NCBI GenBank assembly: GCA_964512315.1
Contig: CAZEIK010000004.1
Span: 8,198-72,197 of the forward strand
Length of the DNA: 64,000 nt
Source: an uncultured Candidatus Saccharibacteria bacterium
GTDB lineage: Bacteria; Patescibacteriota; Minisyncoccia; Phycocordibacterales; UBA5272
Direction of reading: 5' to 3'
Shown piece by piece: positions 1 through 11,241 of the stretch; the stretch's first letter is position 1, and every line of letters begins with the position of its first letter. The notes below the pieces were generated by a model that was not told where the DNA came from, did not search any database, and saw only the letters and a program-made list of their open reading frames with translations. The translations under genes were made by a program, and so were the position numbers.

Positions 1-777
1 GAAAGCACGAATAAGTGAAAGTCTCTTCTCTAGTTTTTCTCTTTCTACTGAGCCAGATTTTTCTATTGCAACAGATAATTCACCTTCAAGAGTTGTAAGA
101 TCTATTGACTTGAATACTTCGTATAATGCCTCAGCACCAATCTTAGCGTCGAAACATGCTCCGTACTTCATTGCATACTTGTGATATACCAACTCGTCTA
201 AAATTTTCCAAGGCTTGATGTCTGCAATTTCTTTTTTAGCAGTATCCATTAGCTCTTCCAGTCTCTCACGAGTCTTATCATCTGTAGCAGACTTGATCTT
301 AGCTTTGAACTCACTTTCAAGATTCTTAATTACCTCAGCCTTCTGATCGTCGTTAACTTTGGTGATTATATATCCAGCAAAGTACACAACTTTTTCAACA
401 TCAGAAAGTGTTGCACCAATAACCATAGCTATACGAGATGGAACATTACGTAGGAATAATATATGAGCAACAGGAACAGCAAGTTCAAGGTGACCCATAC
501 GCTCACGACGAACGATTGATTTGGTTACTTCAACTCCACATTTCTCACAGATAATACCCTTGTATCTGATGCGGCGATATTTACCACAATAGCACTCATA
601 GTCTTTCTCTGGACCGAATATTCTCTCATCGAAAAGACCATATCTCTCGCTACGTCCTGTACGATAATTAATCGTCTCTGGCTTGGTCACTTCACCATAA
701 CTCCAAGCACGTATCGCCTCAGGAGAAGCTACCTTTATCTCCAAAGCGTCAAAATTTGTTGCATTGATTGTTTTCAT
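1..777 (-). CDS. rpoC: DNA-directed RNA polymerase subunit beta' (N-terminal part; gene runs off the window)
   Basis: Reverse-complement translation from the ATG at 777 reads [84 protein letters not shown]. This carries the canonical beta' N-terminal zinc-binding motif. It lies directly downstream of rpoB on the same strand. It is absent from the ORF track because there is no stop inside the window. Confidence 0.93.
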   Translation of the reverse strand, partial: MKTINATNFDALEIKVASPEAIRAWSYGEVTKPETINYRTGRSERYGLFDERIFGPEKDYECYCGKYRRIRYKGIICEKCGVEVTKSIVRRERMGHLELAVPVAHILFLRNVPSRIAMVIGATLSDVEKVVYFAGYIITKVNDDQKAEVIKNLESEFKAKIKSATDDKTRERLEELMDTAKKEIADIKPWKILDELVYHKYAMKYGACFDAKIGAEALYEVFKSIDLTTLEGELSVAIEKSGSVEREKLEKRLSLIRAF

Positions 778-797
778 ATTTTTATATGTGAAGTTAA

Positions 798-3700
798 TTA
801 ATCGTTAATAACGTCCTGCCCAATAAGTTTCTCCTCGGCAACTTTCATGCCTTGAGGTATTACATCAAAGCCTAGTCCACGTAATGTGTTAAGCATCACC
901 ACAAAGCTGGCTGGTGTTCCCGGCTCGCCCATGTCTTCACCTTTGATAATGCTATCGAATGCTGCCGCGCGACCCTCTATATCATCTGACTTAATAGTGA
1001 GCATTTCGCGAAGTATATTAGACGCACCGTATCCTTCGAGAGCCCACACCTCCATTTCTCCAAATCTCTGACCTCCTCCTTGAGCTTTACCACCAAGAGG
1101 TTGTTGAGTAATGAGTGAGTATGGTCCGATTGAACGCTGGTGAATCTTATCTTCCACCATGTGGTGAAGCTTGAGCATGTACATAGTACCAACTGCAATA
1201 GGCTTCTCGAACTCGTCACCAGTACGACCATCGTAGAGAGTTACTGTTCCTGATCTGCTCATACCAGCCTTCTCTAACTCAGACTGTATCTCTTCTACAG
1301 TTGCTCCTTGGAATGAAGGCACAACCGCCTGATAACCAAGAGTCTCAGCAGCATAACCTAAGTGCATTTCCAGAATTTGTCCTAGATTCATACGTGACGG
1401 CACACCAAGAGGTGTAAGAATAATATCTATAGGCTCACCATCTGCTGTGTATGGCATCTCTTCTACCGGTAACACCCTAGAGATAACACCCTTATTACCA
1501 TGGCGACCAGCTAACTTGTCTCCAACTGTAATATTTCTAGTCTGAGCTATCTCAATGTGAATACGCTTAACTATACCACTCTCTAATTGATCACCACGCT
1601 CACGTGAGAAAACCTTAACTCCAATAATACGTCCGCGCTTACCGTTATCAAGACGAAGCGATGAGTCTTTTACATCACGCACCTTCTCACCGAAGATAGA
1701 ACGAAGCAGTCTCTCCTCTGGAGTTAATTCTTGTTCACCTTTTGGAGTAATTTTACCTACCAATATATCTCCTGGACGAACCTCAGCACCGATGCGAATA
1801 ATACCGTCTTCATCTAAATTGCGAAGTTTTGCTTCACCAACATTTGGAATGTCATGAGTCGTAACCTCAACTCCTAACTTAGTGTCGCGCACATTACACA
1901 CTAGCTCTTCTATGTGTATAGAAGTAAACTTGCTTTCTTTTACTAACTTCTCTGAAATAATAATAGCGTCCTCGTAATTAGCACCGTTCCAAGTCATGAA
2001 GGCTACACGAACATTTTGTCCGAGAGCAATCTGACCATTATCCGATGTTGCTGCATCAGCAAGCAAGTCTCCTGCTTTTACATCTTGCCCCTTCTCAACA
2101 ACTGGTCTCTGGTGGAAAATGTTAAATGCATTAGTACGAGAGAAAGTAATCAGCTTGTACTCTTTTTCAACTTTTCCTGACTTAACAACAATCTTGTCAG
2201 CATCCACATAAGAAACTTTACCATCTTCTTCTGCATAGATAAGACGACCAATATTTCTAGCAGCCTCAGCCTCCATACCAGTAGAAACATATGGCGCCTC
2301 AGGTATAACCACAGGCACAGCTTGACGTTGCATGTTAGAACCCATCAGTGCACGATTCGCGTCATCATGCTCCAAGAATGGAATCATAGAAGTAGCAATT
2401 GAGTAAGCTTGATTAGTCGAAACATCTAGATACTCTACATCCATAACGTCAACAATCGCTGGTTGCGCGTAACGACGAGCAGGAACTCTCTTGTCTACAA
2501 TCATCATGTCTTTACCATACTGTACTGACGCTTGAGCGATAACATGTTTCTCTTCCTCAAGAGCGTTCATATAAACTATTTCTTTTGTAATCTTGCCCGC
2601 TTTTACTTTTACATAAGGAGACTCGATAATACCGAAGTCGTTAATACGAGCATAATTAGATTGACGAAGAATAAGACCGATATTTGGACCTTCTGGAGTA
2701 TGAATTGGACACACACGACCATAATGAGAAGTGTGCACGTCACGAACTTCAAAGCCTGCACGTTCACGAGTTAGACCTCCTGGACCAAGGGCAGAAAGGG
2801 TACGTAGATGCTCAACCTCGGCAAGCAAGTTCTCTTGATTCATGAACTGAGACAACTGATTAGTTGTGAAGAACTCCTTGATACGAGCTTGAAGCGGTCT
2901 TTGATTAACAATAGAAACTGGTAACGTTGTGTCTGCATCTATAACCGACATCTTATCTTGGATATTTCTCTTCATCTGAGTCATACCAGTACGCACCTTT
3001 GCAGCCATCATCTCACCTACGAAACGCACACGACGAGACCCAAGATGATCGATATCATCTTCTACTGCATTAGGAGTAGCATTTAAAACAATTACATGCT
3101 CGATGATTTTAACCAAGTCCTCTTTTGAAAGAGTTCTCCTCTCTGACTCTTTACCTTCTAACGGCATACCGAATCTTTTGTTGAAGCGGAAGCGTCCAAC
3201 TGGAGATAAGTCATAACGCTCTGCTGAGAATAATGTATCAAAATACTCTTTTGCATTCTCAGGTGTAGCCATGTCACCGTCACGAAGTCTCTTGTAAATC
3301 TCTACATATGCATCATGAGAGTTCTTGATTGTGTCTTTGTCTAGAAGATTCTTAACATAGGCCTTAGCGTCATCCGAAACAAATGAGTTAACGATTGCAT
3401 CATCAGAACCAAACCCCATAGCGCGTAGCATTGGAACAATGCCGAACTTTCTCTTCTTATCTATACGAACCGACATTTGATTGTCTGGCTCAGACAATAC
3501 TTCCGCCCACACACCACGAGACGGGATTATCTTGGCACCGAAATATCTGTGACCTTTAACCTCTTCTGCGTCAAAGAACACACCAAATGAACGAGCAAGC
3601 TGAGGAACAACTACACGCTCAACACCGTTAACGATAAATGTACCGTGAACAGTCATAAGCGGGAAATCCGCCATGAATATCTCTTGCTCTTTTGTTGTAT

Positions 3701-4004
3701 TTAAAATCTTATTCTTAAGACGCAATCTAACGCGCATTGGAGCCTCATATGTGAGCTTGTTCTCCTTTGCGTAGACTTCGTCAAATTTTGGACTAGAAAT
3801 TTCAAATGAAAGAAACTCTAATTCAAACTTTTTCTCTGAATAGTCTTTGATTGGACTGAACTCCTTGAATATCTCAGGGATGTCCTTCTCAATCAAATTC
3901 TTGTATGAAAGTAATTGGTTTTCGACTAGGTTTGGTAATTCTGCTAACGGCTTTCTGTATTTCGAGAAAGTCTTTTTTGGAAGTGTTGCAACACTTTTTT
4001 GCAT
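798..4004 (-). CDS. rpoB: DNA-directed RNA polymerase subunit beta
   Basis: 1068-aa ORF with the conserved beta-subunit blocks (…[28 protein letters not shown]…, [17 protein letters not shown]…). Confidence 0.98.
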   Translation of the reverse strand: MQKSVATLPKKTFSKYRKPLAELPNLVENQLLSYKNLIEKDIPEIFKEFSPIKDYSEKKFELEFLSFEISSPKFDEVYAKENKLTYEAPMRVRLRLKNKILNTTKEQEIFMADFPLMTVHGTFIVNGVERVVVPQLARSFGVFFDAEEVKGHRYFGAKIIPSRGVWAEVLSEPDNQMSVRIDKKRKFGIVPMLRAMGFGSDDAIVNSFVSDDAKAYVKNLLDKDTIKNSHDAYVEIYKRLRDGDMATPENAKEYFDTLFSAERYDLSPVGRFRFNKRFGMPLEGKESERRTLSKEDLVKIIEHVIVLNATPNAVEDDIDHLGSRRVRFVGEMMAAKVRTGMTQMKRNIQDKMSVIDADTTLPVSIVNQRPLQARIKEFFTTNQLSQFMNQENLLAEVEHLRTLSALGPGGLTRERAGFEVRDVHTSHYGRVCPIHTPEGPNIGLILRQSNYARINDFGIIESPYVKVKAGKITKEIVYMNALEEEKHVIAQASVQYGKDMMIVDKRVPARRYAQPAIVDVMDVEYLDVSTNQAYSIATSMIPFLEHDDANRALMGSNMQRQAVPVVIPEAPYVSTGMEAEAARNIGRLIYAEEDGKVSYVDADKIVVKSGKVEKEYKLITFSRTNAFNIFHQRPVVEKGQDVKAGDLLADAATSDNGQIALGQNVRVAFMTWNGANYEDAIIISEKLVKESKFTSIHIEELVCNVRDTKLGVEVTTHDIPNVGEAKLRNLDEDGIIRIGAEVRPGDILVGKITPKGEQELTPEERLLRSIFGEKVRDVKDSSLRLDNGKRGRIIGVKVFSRERGDQLESGIVKRIHIEIAQTRNITVGDKLAGRHGNKGVISRVLPVEEMPYTADGEPIDIILTPLGVPSRMNLGQILEMHLGYAAETLGYQAVVPSFQGATVEEIQSELEKAGMSRSGTVTLYDGRTGDEFEKPIAVGTMYMLKLHHMVEDKIHQRSIGPYSLITQQPLGGKAQGGGQRFGEMEVWALEGYGASNILREMLTIKSDDIEGRAAAFDSIIKGEDMGEPGTPASFVVMLNTLRGLGFDVIPQGMKVAEEKLIGQDVIND

Positions 4005-4152
4005 ACTAAAAATTGAATTATTAAAAACTTTGGTGTTTTATAAGTCGGCTAGTCCAATACACAATCGTAATCAGCGCCCGCAAATTATACCATATAATAA
4101 GCTTTTTACAACCCCAAAATTGTGCAAAACAAAACCTATAGCAAACTCTAAC

Positions 4153-4770
4153 CTACCTAATCTGGAACAAGTCATCCTCACCGAAACGCGTCTTAGGAAA
4201 AGCAGGATCAGCTGCGCGATATCCAACACCCAAAATAACTGCCGCGTACTCGTCTTTGGCCAAGCCTAAAATATCCTTATAGTTATCACTTGAGAACCCT
4301 TCCATTGGTGCCGAGTCAATACGCAGCTCCGCACAAGCTGCCATAGCGAAACCAAGCGCTATGTATGCTTGATTGCTAGCGATACGCAACTTTTTCTCTT
4401 CTGTTATACCAGTTAAGCCAAAGAAGGCTCTAGCTCCAGCCTCGAACTTTAATCTATCGAAAAGTCCTGTTCCGTCTTTTATCAGGTCGCAATACTCACC
4501 TATTCTTTTTTGTATGTCAGTTCTAGCAACAAAAACAAAAAGATGAGAACAATCTGAAACCTGAGACTGATTAAAGCTTGCTTCTTTTAATTTATTCTTT
4601 AAGTCTTGATTCTCAACTATCATCACACGAAATGGTTGCAATCCGTAAGAAGTAGGAGCGAGCCTAATCGAGTCTTTTATTTTTTGTAAATCTTCAGCAC
4701 TAACTTTTTTGTTAGTGTCGAATTTTTTTGTAGCAAATCGCCAATTAAGAGAGTCTAGAAAAGTATTCAT
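4153..4770 (-). CDS. Nitroreductase-family protein (NfsB-like NAD(P)H oxidoreductase)
   Basis: 205 aa. N-terminal LNWRFATKKFD and the overall pattern match FMN-dependent nitroreductases. Confidence 0.7.
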   Translation of the reverse strand: MNTFLDSLNWRFATKKFDTNKKVSAEDLQKIKDSIRLAPTSYGLQPFRVMIVENQDLKNKLKEASFNQSQVSDCSHLFVFVARTDIQKRIGEYCDLIKDGTGLFDRLKFEAGARAFFGLTGITEEKKLRIASNQAYIALGFAMAACAELRIDSAPMEGFSSDNYKDILGLAKDEYAAVILGVGYRAADPAFPKTRFGEDDLFQIR

Positions 4771-4969
4771 ATTGCATCATTATAGCACAATGCAATTTAG
4801 TTCTCTTTTTTGTGACTTGGATGCATGTCTTCTTGTGACATGTGTTTTAACTTACCCATCGAAATCAAATGTATATCTTTTTGCATTTCCACCATCTTGT
4901 GATTCATTACATACAACTTGATGAAAATGAAAACTAAAATTGCTACTAATAATATATCCATATATTTAT

Positions 4970-6034
4970 CTATTTAAGTTTAGCATAACGTCCCTCATTT
5001 TTTACAAATGCATCCTTAGATTCGAATTTGTATTTGTAACCATACATATTAGTTAACTTACTACCATCTACCGCTATTGGATAGCTGTATCCCTTCCAGC
5101 TACCTTCTGCAGTTGGTATTCTGCCACGAGTAATATGCCAGAATACAAAGAAAGCTAACCTTGCCATCCATGGATATATTGGTAATGTCTTCTTACCTAC
5201 GGCCTTTGCCATATCTTTACCGAGCACAACATCTCCTGGTGGGCATATATTGAACACTTCATACTTATGATTAACTTTCTCATCAAAGGCCAACATCTCC
5301 ACGATGTCACACACGTCATCTTCATGTATATATTGTCTCAACCATTTTGGAGTTACGGGAACAAATGAAACCATAGCTGAAATTATTTTATAAATAAAAT
5401 TACCCTTAAGGTGTCCTGACAAGGCGGCCTGTAAGCCAAATCTAACTCTATCGTATCTACCACGCGGGCCTGATATTGCAGCTGGGCGTACAACTGAAAT
5501 GATTGGCATGTGCCCACCAGTAGATATTCTATCTTTTACCTTTTGCTCTAAATGCTCTTCGGTCGCGCGCTTTTCTTCTGCATAGAGATAATTAGTCTTT
5601 CTGAATGGATCAGTCTCTACATATCTGTAAGTTAGACTGTTGTCCGCAAATGCACCGTAAGAAGCAACTGTAGAAAAATAAACTAATCTCTCTACAAAAT
5701 TATTCTCTAAACAAAAATCAAAGATCTCATCTGAGCCGTCTATATTCCATTTCCAAGAAAGTGGCCTATTGCCGTATATCTCACGTATTTGCCAAGCGGT
5801 ATGTATGACTACTTCTGGACGGAACCCGGCAACCTTTTGCTGCCAAGTTTTGTCACTTGTGTTGGCATGAACATACACTAGCTTGTCTCTATTTGGGTGA
5901 GTCTTATACATATCTGGCTCAGCTTCCTTGTCTAGGGCCACTATTTGCTTAACATCTGGTCTTTTTGAGAATTGATCTACAAGCATTTGACCTATATAAC
6001 CTGCTCCACCTGTAATAAATAGGGTTTTTTGCAT
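4970..6034 (-). CDS. NAD-dependent epimerase/dehydratase (extended SDR)
   Basis: 354 aa. N-terminal Rossmann motif TGGAGYIG. Sits next to glycosyltransferases. Confidence 0.75.
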   Translation of the reverse strand: MQKTLFITGGAGYIGQMLVDQFSKRPDVKQIVALDKEAEPDMYKTHPNRDKLVYVHANTSDKTWQQKVAGFRPEVVIHTAWQIREIYGNRPLSWKWNIDGSDEIFDFCLENNFVERLVYFSTVASYGAFADNSLTYRYVETDPFRKTNYLYAEEKRATEEHLEQKVKDRISTGGHMPIISVVRPAAISGPRGRYDRVRFGLQAALSGHLKGNFIYKIISAMVSFVPVTPKWLRQYIHEDDVCDIVEMLAFDEKVNHKYEVFNICPPGDVVLGKDMAKAVGKKTLPIYPWMARLAFFVFWHITRGRIPTAEGSWKGYSYPIAVDGSKLTNMYGYKYKFESKDAFVKNEGRYAKLK

Positions 6035-6068
6035 ATGCTTTTTAGTATATCATCCTCTCTGCTATAAT

Positions 6069-7136
6069 GTGCATGTGAAAAAGGTTTTGTATTTAATCAC
6101 CAAAAGTAACTGGGGTGGTGCACAAAAAGCAGTACATGATTTGGCAACCCACCCTAAAATACAAAACAACTACAGAGTTACAGTTGCTAGTGGTAATGAT
6201 GGCGAACTACTCGACAGGTTAAGATCTAAAAATATTCGTACCCAGGTATTAAAAATTAAAAACAATCTGAATCCATTTACTTCATTTAAAAATATTTTTG
6301 ACTTGTACAAATTCATTCGAGAAGAAAGCCCTGACATAGTACATCTACACAGTTCAAAAATATCACTCTTTGGATCTATTGCGTCACGCTTAGCTGGTGT
6401 ACCGGTTATTGTATTCACTGCTCATGGGTGGCCACACAATGAAGATAGAAATATATTTATAAGAATAATCTTTCATTTAATATCAATAATAACTGTAGCT
6501 TTTTCTCACAAGACAATAGCGGTATCCGAGAATATTGCTAACACTCTTAGGGCCCCAAAACTAATTAAGAGAAAAATTACAGTAATATACAACGGAATAC
6601 AAAAAACAGAGTATCAGAATCTACCCAAGCTATCCGAGGGGTCAACTGGCCCCAGAACAATCAAGCATGTTGTCAGTATTGGCGAGCTGAATAATAATAA
6701 GGCTCACGACTCAGTGTTACACATACTCCCCCAAATTAAAAATATCCACTATCACATAATAGGCGAAGGAGCCAACAAGCTAAAACTACAAAAACTAATA
6801 GAAAGAAAAGGTCTCGGCAACCGAGTTACACTATACGGTCACGTTAACAATGCCAAAAGCTTCCTCCCACAATATGACGTATTTCTATTGCCATCTAAGA
6901 CAGAAGCTCTAGGTTACGTTGTCTTAGAGGCGTTGCAAGCTGGACTACCAGTTATAGCGAGGCGTGTTGGTGGTGTGCCTGAGATACTACATGACTTGCC
7001 TTATGCTAAGTTATACAAATACGACACAGACTTAATAGATATTTTGGACCAAGATTTTCCTAAGAATATATCTTGGAATGACTCACGTTTTGACTTTGAA
7101 AAGATGATACAAAAAACGTTATACTTATACAAATAA
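6069..7136 (+). CDS. Glycosyltransferase family 1 (GT4-type)
   Basis: 355 aa. C-terminal EALGYVVLEALQAGLPVIARRVGGVPEI matches the GT1 nucleotide-sugar-binding signature. Confidence 0.8.
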   Translation: MHVKKVLYLITKSNWGGAQKAVHDLATHPKIQNNYRVTVASGNDGELLDRLRSKNIRTQVLKIKNNLNPFTSFKNIFDLYKFIREESPDIVHLHSSKISLFGSIASRLAGVPVIVFTAHGWPHNEDRNIFIRIIFHLISIITVAFSHKTIAVSENIANTLRAPKLIKRKITVIYNGIQKTEYQNLPKLSEGSTGPRTIKHVVSIGELNNNKAHDSVLHILPQIKNIHYHIIGEGANKLKLQKLIERKGLGNRVTLYGHVNNAKSFLPQYDVFLLPSKTEALGYVVLEALQAGLPVIARRVGGVPEILHDLPYAKLYKYDTDLIDILDQDFPKNISWNDSRFDFEKMIQKTLYLYK

Positions 7137-7826
7137 ATGATACCTAAAGTTATACATTATTGTTGGTTCGGGAAAGGAGAGAAAAATGATCTCATTTTAA
7201 AATGCATACAGACATGGAAAGATAAATTGTCAGATTATGAGATCAAGGAATGGAATGAGGACAATTTTGATGTGAATGCTTATGAATTCACGAGGAGTGC
7301 TTATACGAATAAGAAATGGGCATTCGTAGCGGACTATGCAAGATTCATAGTGTTACAAAAATATGGTGGCATATACCTAGATACAGATATGTATGTAGTT
7401 AGAAGTTTCAACGACTTGTTGGGGCAAAAAATGATAATCGGTTATGAAGACAAGGCGCATGTCAGTGCTGGCATAATCGGATGCACAGCGAATAATGAAT
7501 ATATATCAGACTGTCTTAATGTGTACAACAAAATGACCACACTAACACCGATACCCAAAATACTCACCGAGGTATACGGGCAAAAAGATTATGGATTCAC
7601 ACCTATGCCAGTCAATTACTTTTATCCATTTACAGCAGAGAATATAAAAGACTTTACAGGGTATAATGCACCGGAAGAAACATATGCAGTACACATGTGG
7701 AATTATTCTTGGGGCCACCCACTAAACAAATTAGCTAAAAAGCTCGGACTACATAGATTGATAGTAAAAATTTTAGATACTTTTAAAGCTAAGACCATTT
7801 TAAAGAAACTGCTAGGAATGGAATAA
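7137..7826 (+). CDS. Glycosyltransferase, DXD sugar-binding type (GT32/Och1-like)
   Basis: 229 aa. IHYCWFG N-terminus and an LDTD(MY) DXD-like motif. Its start abuts the GT1 stop. Confidence 0.6.
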   Translation: MIPKVIHYCWFGKGEKNDLILKCIQTWKDKLSDYEIKEWNEDNFDVNAYEFTRSAYTNKKWAFVADYARFIVLQKYGGIYLDTDMYVVRSFNDLLGQKMIIGYEDKAHVSAGIIGCTANNEYISDCLNVYNKMTTLTPIPKILTEVYGQKDYGFTPMPVNYFYPFTAENIKDFTGYNAPEETYAVHMWNYSWGHPLNKLAKKLGLHRLIVKILDTFKAKTILKKLLGME

Positions 7827-8602
7827 TGAAAACAGAATTCGTCATCATCACTACCACATACGAGAGACCTATTGAGATAATTAGGTGTTTGGAATCAGTA
7901 CAAAATCAAACTTACAAAAACTTCAAACACATAATAGTTAATGACTCCCCTGCTACCAACTACAGTAAGTTAGAAGAAAAAGTAAGTACACTGTCTAATG
8001 TAATATACATAAAAAATGAAAATAATCTTGGCAAGAATGCTTCGGTTAACAAAGTATTCCAGATTTTAAAAAGTGATAGCTTCCCTAACTATATAATATT
8101 TTTAGATGATGACGACTGGTTAGACCAAGATTGTCTCCTGAATTTTGAAAGTGAAATACAGTCACACTCTAAACCAACTTGGTTAGTATCTAATCGCGCA
8201 CTAGAAAGTGGCATCTCTATAACCAAAAACAAAACTAATAAAAATAAAATTAACTATTACTGGGACTACCTTATCACAAAAAAGTTCTCAGGTGACGCCA
8301 CACATTGTATAAACTTCAAAGCAACAAGTGACCTGCAACTGCCAACATTAATAAAAAATGCAGAAGAATGGCTGTACTTTGCACAAGTATCCAAGATTAG
8401 CAAAAACTTTATATATAAAAATTTTAACGGAACATATACGAGCGGATACATGTTGGGTGGAGTAACGGACACTTATCACAAAAAAGTTGCAAATTGGAAA
8501 TTATATAAAAAGGTGTGTTCGGAAGTTAGCAATAGAGGAATATGCAACATGTACACTTTTATCTATATGTCTCTTAGGCTAATTAAATTAATTTTAAAGT
8601 AA
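7826..8602 (+). CDS. Glycosyltransferase family 2
   Basis: 258 aa. N-terminal VIITTTYERP… and an FLDDDDW acidic motif typical of GT2. Start overlaps the previous stop (operon). Confidence 0.7.
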   Translation: MKTEFVIITTTYERPIEIIRCLESVQNQTYKNFKHIIVNDSPATNYSKLEEKVSTLSNVIYIKNENNLGKNASVNKVFQILKSDSFPNYIIFLDDDDWLDQDCLLNFESEIQSHSKPTWLVSNRALESGISITKNKTNKNKINYYWDYLITKKFSGDATHCINFKATSDLQLPTLIKNAEEWLYFAQVSKISKNFIYKNFNGTYTSGYMLGGVTDTYHKKVANWKLYKKVCSEVSNRGICNMYTFIYMSLRLIKLILK

Positions 8603-9350
8603 TTTTACTTAGATTAATTATATCCTCTTTAGAGCAACCACGAGACAGATCCATAAAAGGCTTACTCATACCTTGAACAATTGGACCCGTAGCTGACCAG
8701 CCACCCACTCTCTCAGCTATTTTATAACTAATATTACCTGAGTTAAGGTCTGGGAATATAAATACATTCGCATTACCAGCAACCTTATCGTCAGGACATT
8801 TTATATGAGCGACGTGTTGATCAAAAGCTGAATCAAACTGTAATTCGCCACTTATTAGAATATCCGGTCTAGTTTCTTTTACTATTTGTGTAGCCAGTCT
8901 AACGTTATCTATAGACACAGACTCGGCGCTACCTAGAGTTGAATAAGATAGCATGGCTACTTTTGGAATTATGTGTGTAACTTTATAAAAGTTGTCAGCT
9001 GTATCTATTGCTATTTGTGCCAAGTCTTGTGGTGAAGGGTTCACATTAACAGCACAGTCAGCAAAAGCAACCTTTGTGTCACCTTTTTCCATTAAGAAAA
9101 AACTAGAAACCTTGCCGCCTTCCTTTTTGACCCCCACATGCTTAATTGCTGCCCTAAATACATCTCTACTGCTATTACATGCACCGGCTATCACAGCGTC
9201 ACAGTAACCAGAAGCCAACTTCTTAGCCGCTTCTTCTAAACTCAACTGTTCTAATATGGCACCACATACACCATTCTCATTTAAAAACTTTACCGCCTCC
9301 ACGACTCTTGTATCTAAAGCTTCGGGGAAAAGAATTTTAAACTTATTCAT
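8583..9350 (-). CDS. pta: Phosphate acetyl/butyryl-transferase family protein (short Pta-like)
   Basis: 255 aa. C-terminal ANVFIFPDLNSGNISYK…GPIVQG…DLSRG matches the PTA_PTB fold. It is shorter than a canonical Pta. Confidence 0.6.
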   Translation of the reverse strand: MNKFKILFPEALDTRVVEAVKFLNENGVCGAILEQLSLEEAAKKLASGYCDAVIAGACNSSRDVFRAAIKHVGVKKEGGKVSSFFLMEKGDTKVAFADCAVNVNPSPQDLAQIAIDTADNFYKVTHIIPKVAMLSYSTLGSAESVSIDNVRLATQIVKETRPDILISGELQFDSAFDQHVAHIKCPDDKVAGNANVFIFPDLNSGNISYKIAERVGGWSATGPIVQGMSKPFMDLSRGCSKEDIINLSKITLKLI

Positions 9351-10930
9351 TATAAAAGTCTCTTAAGTATTCTCTCTTTACCCAGAACCTCAAAAAGATA
9401 ATACATATTAGGTGTTCTATCTTTACCAGTTATGGCGCGCCTTAGCTCCATCATAAATGCTCCGAACTTCATATCTGGTGCAATAGCAGAAGCTACAGAC
9501 TTCACTCTCTCTATCCAATCGTCGAGTGACATAGAATTACCATACAAGCTGTCATCCGATAATTGTGCTCGCATTCTATTCTTAAGATCTTGATCGACCT
9601 GAACAGGGACAAATAACTCGTCAAAGAAGTAAGACAGACTGTCTCTGGCCACACCGTACCTAACAATGTCTTTCCTAGGATTATCTGTCTCTCTTTCTAT
9701 ATTAAGAACTTTTGTTAGATAATCAACGTCTTTACTTATGACACCACAGAACTCAGTATCGTATTTAGAAGACCATTCCAATAGCTCCTTAGCTGCATCC
9801 TCGGCAGTTCTGCTGGCAATAACGTCAGACGATATGTCGTCTAGCTTTTTAAAATCAAGTAGTGGCCCACGACTGTTGCGCTTCATTGCTTCAATGTCTA
9901 ATTCGTACTTGTTAATATCACGATTGCCAGCGTGCCACCAATCATCAAAGTTTGGATTAGCTAGACGATATAAGTATGCAAGCACCGCCTCTTTTGTATA
10001 ACCCGACTCTTGATAATAAGACATTGTAGCTTCGCTATCTTTTCTTTTAGACAATTTTCTTACACTGCCATCAGCGCTCTTATTAATCGGCATTATATGC
10101 CCATACTTAGGAGAATTAACTCCTATCTTATTCCACAGCTCTAAATGTTTACCAAGTGAAGAGAACCATTCTTCGCCACGAGTAACAAAAGTTGTACCCA
10201 TCATATAATCGTCAACAACGTGAGCAAAATGATAAGTAGGCAATCCGTCGCCCTTCATTATTACAAAGTCTTCGTCATTCTCTGGGACCAAGTGATCACC
10301 TAAGAATTCATCCTTAAAAGGAACTTTTTTAAAAGCGTCACCTGATGCACGCAAACGTATGACAAAGCTCTCGCCTTTTTCAATACGACTTTTGACTTCA
10401 CCCACACTTAAGTCTCTATGCTTAGCATATTGACCGTATACGCCAGGTCTTAACTTATTACTTTTCTGGCTATCGCGCATAATCTCAATCTCTTCTTCAG
10501 TCATAAAACATGGATAAGCATGTCCATTTAATACAAAGTCATAAAGAAAAGCATCATAAATATCTTTGCGTTTACTCTGTCTATATGGACCATAGTCGCC
10601 AACCTCTTTTCCTTCTAAATTCTCACCTTCGTCTGGAGTAAGGTCGTAATCATTTAAAGTCTTAACAATAAACACCCTCGCGCCATCTACCTCTCTTGCT
10701 TGGTCAGTATCTTCTATTCTTAGAATAAAAACTCCTCCGCTTTTTCTTGCTATATCCCTACTGATTAGTGACATATAAAGCGTTCCGATATGCATAGGTC
10801 CTGTAGGGCTTGGCGCCACGCGCAAAACTTCAGCGTTCAGCGGTAAATTTCTCTTTTTATGCTCCTGTTCTATGCCAGCCCTATTCTTTTTTATATTAGG
10901 GAACAATAAATCAGCTAAATCTTTACTCAT
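9350..10930 (-). CDS. gltX: Glutamate--tRNA ligase (probably non-discriminating; GatCA is also in the window)
   Basis: 526 aa. Class I HIGH motif (PSPTGPMHIGTL) and KMSKS-like KLSKRK. Confidence 0.8.
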   Translation of the reverse strand: MSKDLADLLFPNIKKNRAGIEQEHKKRNLPLNAEVLRVAPSPTGPMHIGTLYMSLISRDIARKSGGVFILRIEDTDQAREVDGARVFIVKTLNDYDLTPDEGENLEGKEVGDYGPYRQSKRKDIYDAFLYDFVLNGHAYPCFMTEEEIEIMRDSQKSNKLRPGVYGQYAKHRDLSVGEVKSRIEKGESFVIRLRASGDAFKKVPFKDEFLGDHLVPENDEDFVIMKGDGLPTYHFAHVVDDYMMGTTFVTRGEEWFSSLGKHLELWNKIGVNSPKYGHIMPINKSADGSVRKLSKRKDSEATMSYYQESGYTKEAVLAYLYRLANPNFDDWWHAGNRDINKYELDIEAMKRNSRGPLLDFKKLDDISSDVIASRTAEDAAKELLEWSSKYDTEFCGVISKDVDYLTKVLNIERETDNPRKDIVRYGVARDSLSYFFDELFVPVQVDQDLKNRMRAQLSDDSLYGNSMSLDDWIERVKSVASAIAPDMKFGAFMMELRRAITGKDRTPNMYYLFEVLGKERILKRLL

Positions 10931-10951
10931 ATTTGGATTATATCACAAAAC

Positions 10952-10988
10952 AAAAACACAGCGCACCCTGTGGGTGCGCTGTGTTTTT
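10952..10988. terminator. Bidirectional rho-independent terminator
   Basis: Perfect 17-bp stem aaaaacacagcgcaccc / gggtgcgctgtgttttt with a 3-nt loop. A-tract and T-tract flank it on both strands. Confidence 0.7.
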
Positions 10989-10991
10989 GTT

Positions 10992-11237
10992 TTAGTAAGA
11001 TGAGTCTATTGCTTTTATATCAGCATCTATCTGTGCATTTAACTCTGTCATATTAACCGAGTCAACAGAATTTGAAACATCCTCTGGATTACTACTGCTT
11101 GAGTTAGTGCTAGATGTAGGTATAACTTTTTGCATATCAGAAGCTACATCCACCTTCTCCTCATAAGTCACATAAACATAACCTGCAACTAGAAGAACTA
11201 CAACAAGAACCACCGAAATCAAAATGTTTTTATTCAT
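10992..11237 (-). CDS. Small membrane-anchored hypothetical protein
   Basis: 81 aa. N-terminal TM helix (ILISVVLVVVLLVAGYVYV) followed by a Ser/Asn-rich tail. Confidence 0.45.
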   Translation of the reverse strand: MNKNILISVVLVVVLLVAGYVYVTYEEKVDVASDMQKVIPTSSTNSSSSNPEDVSNSVDSVNMTELNAQIDADIKAIDSSY

Positions 11238-11241
11238 ATTT

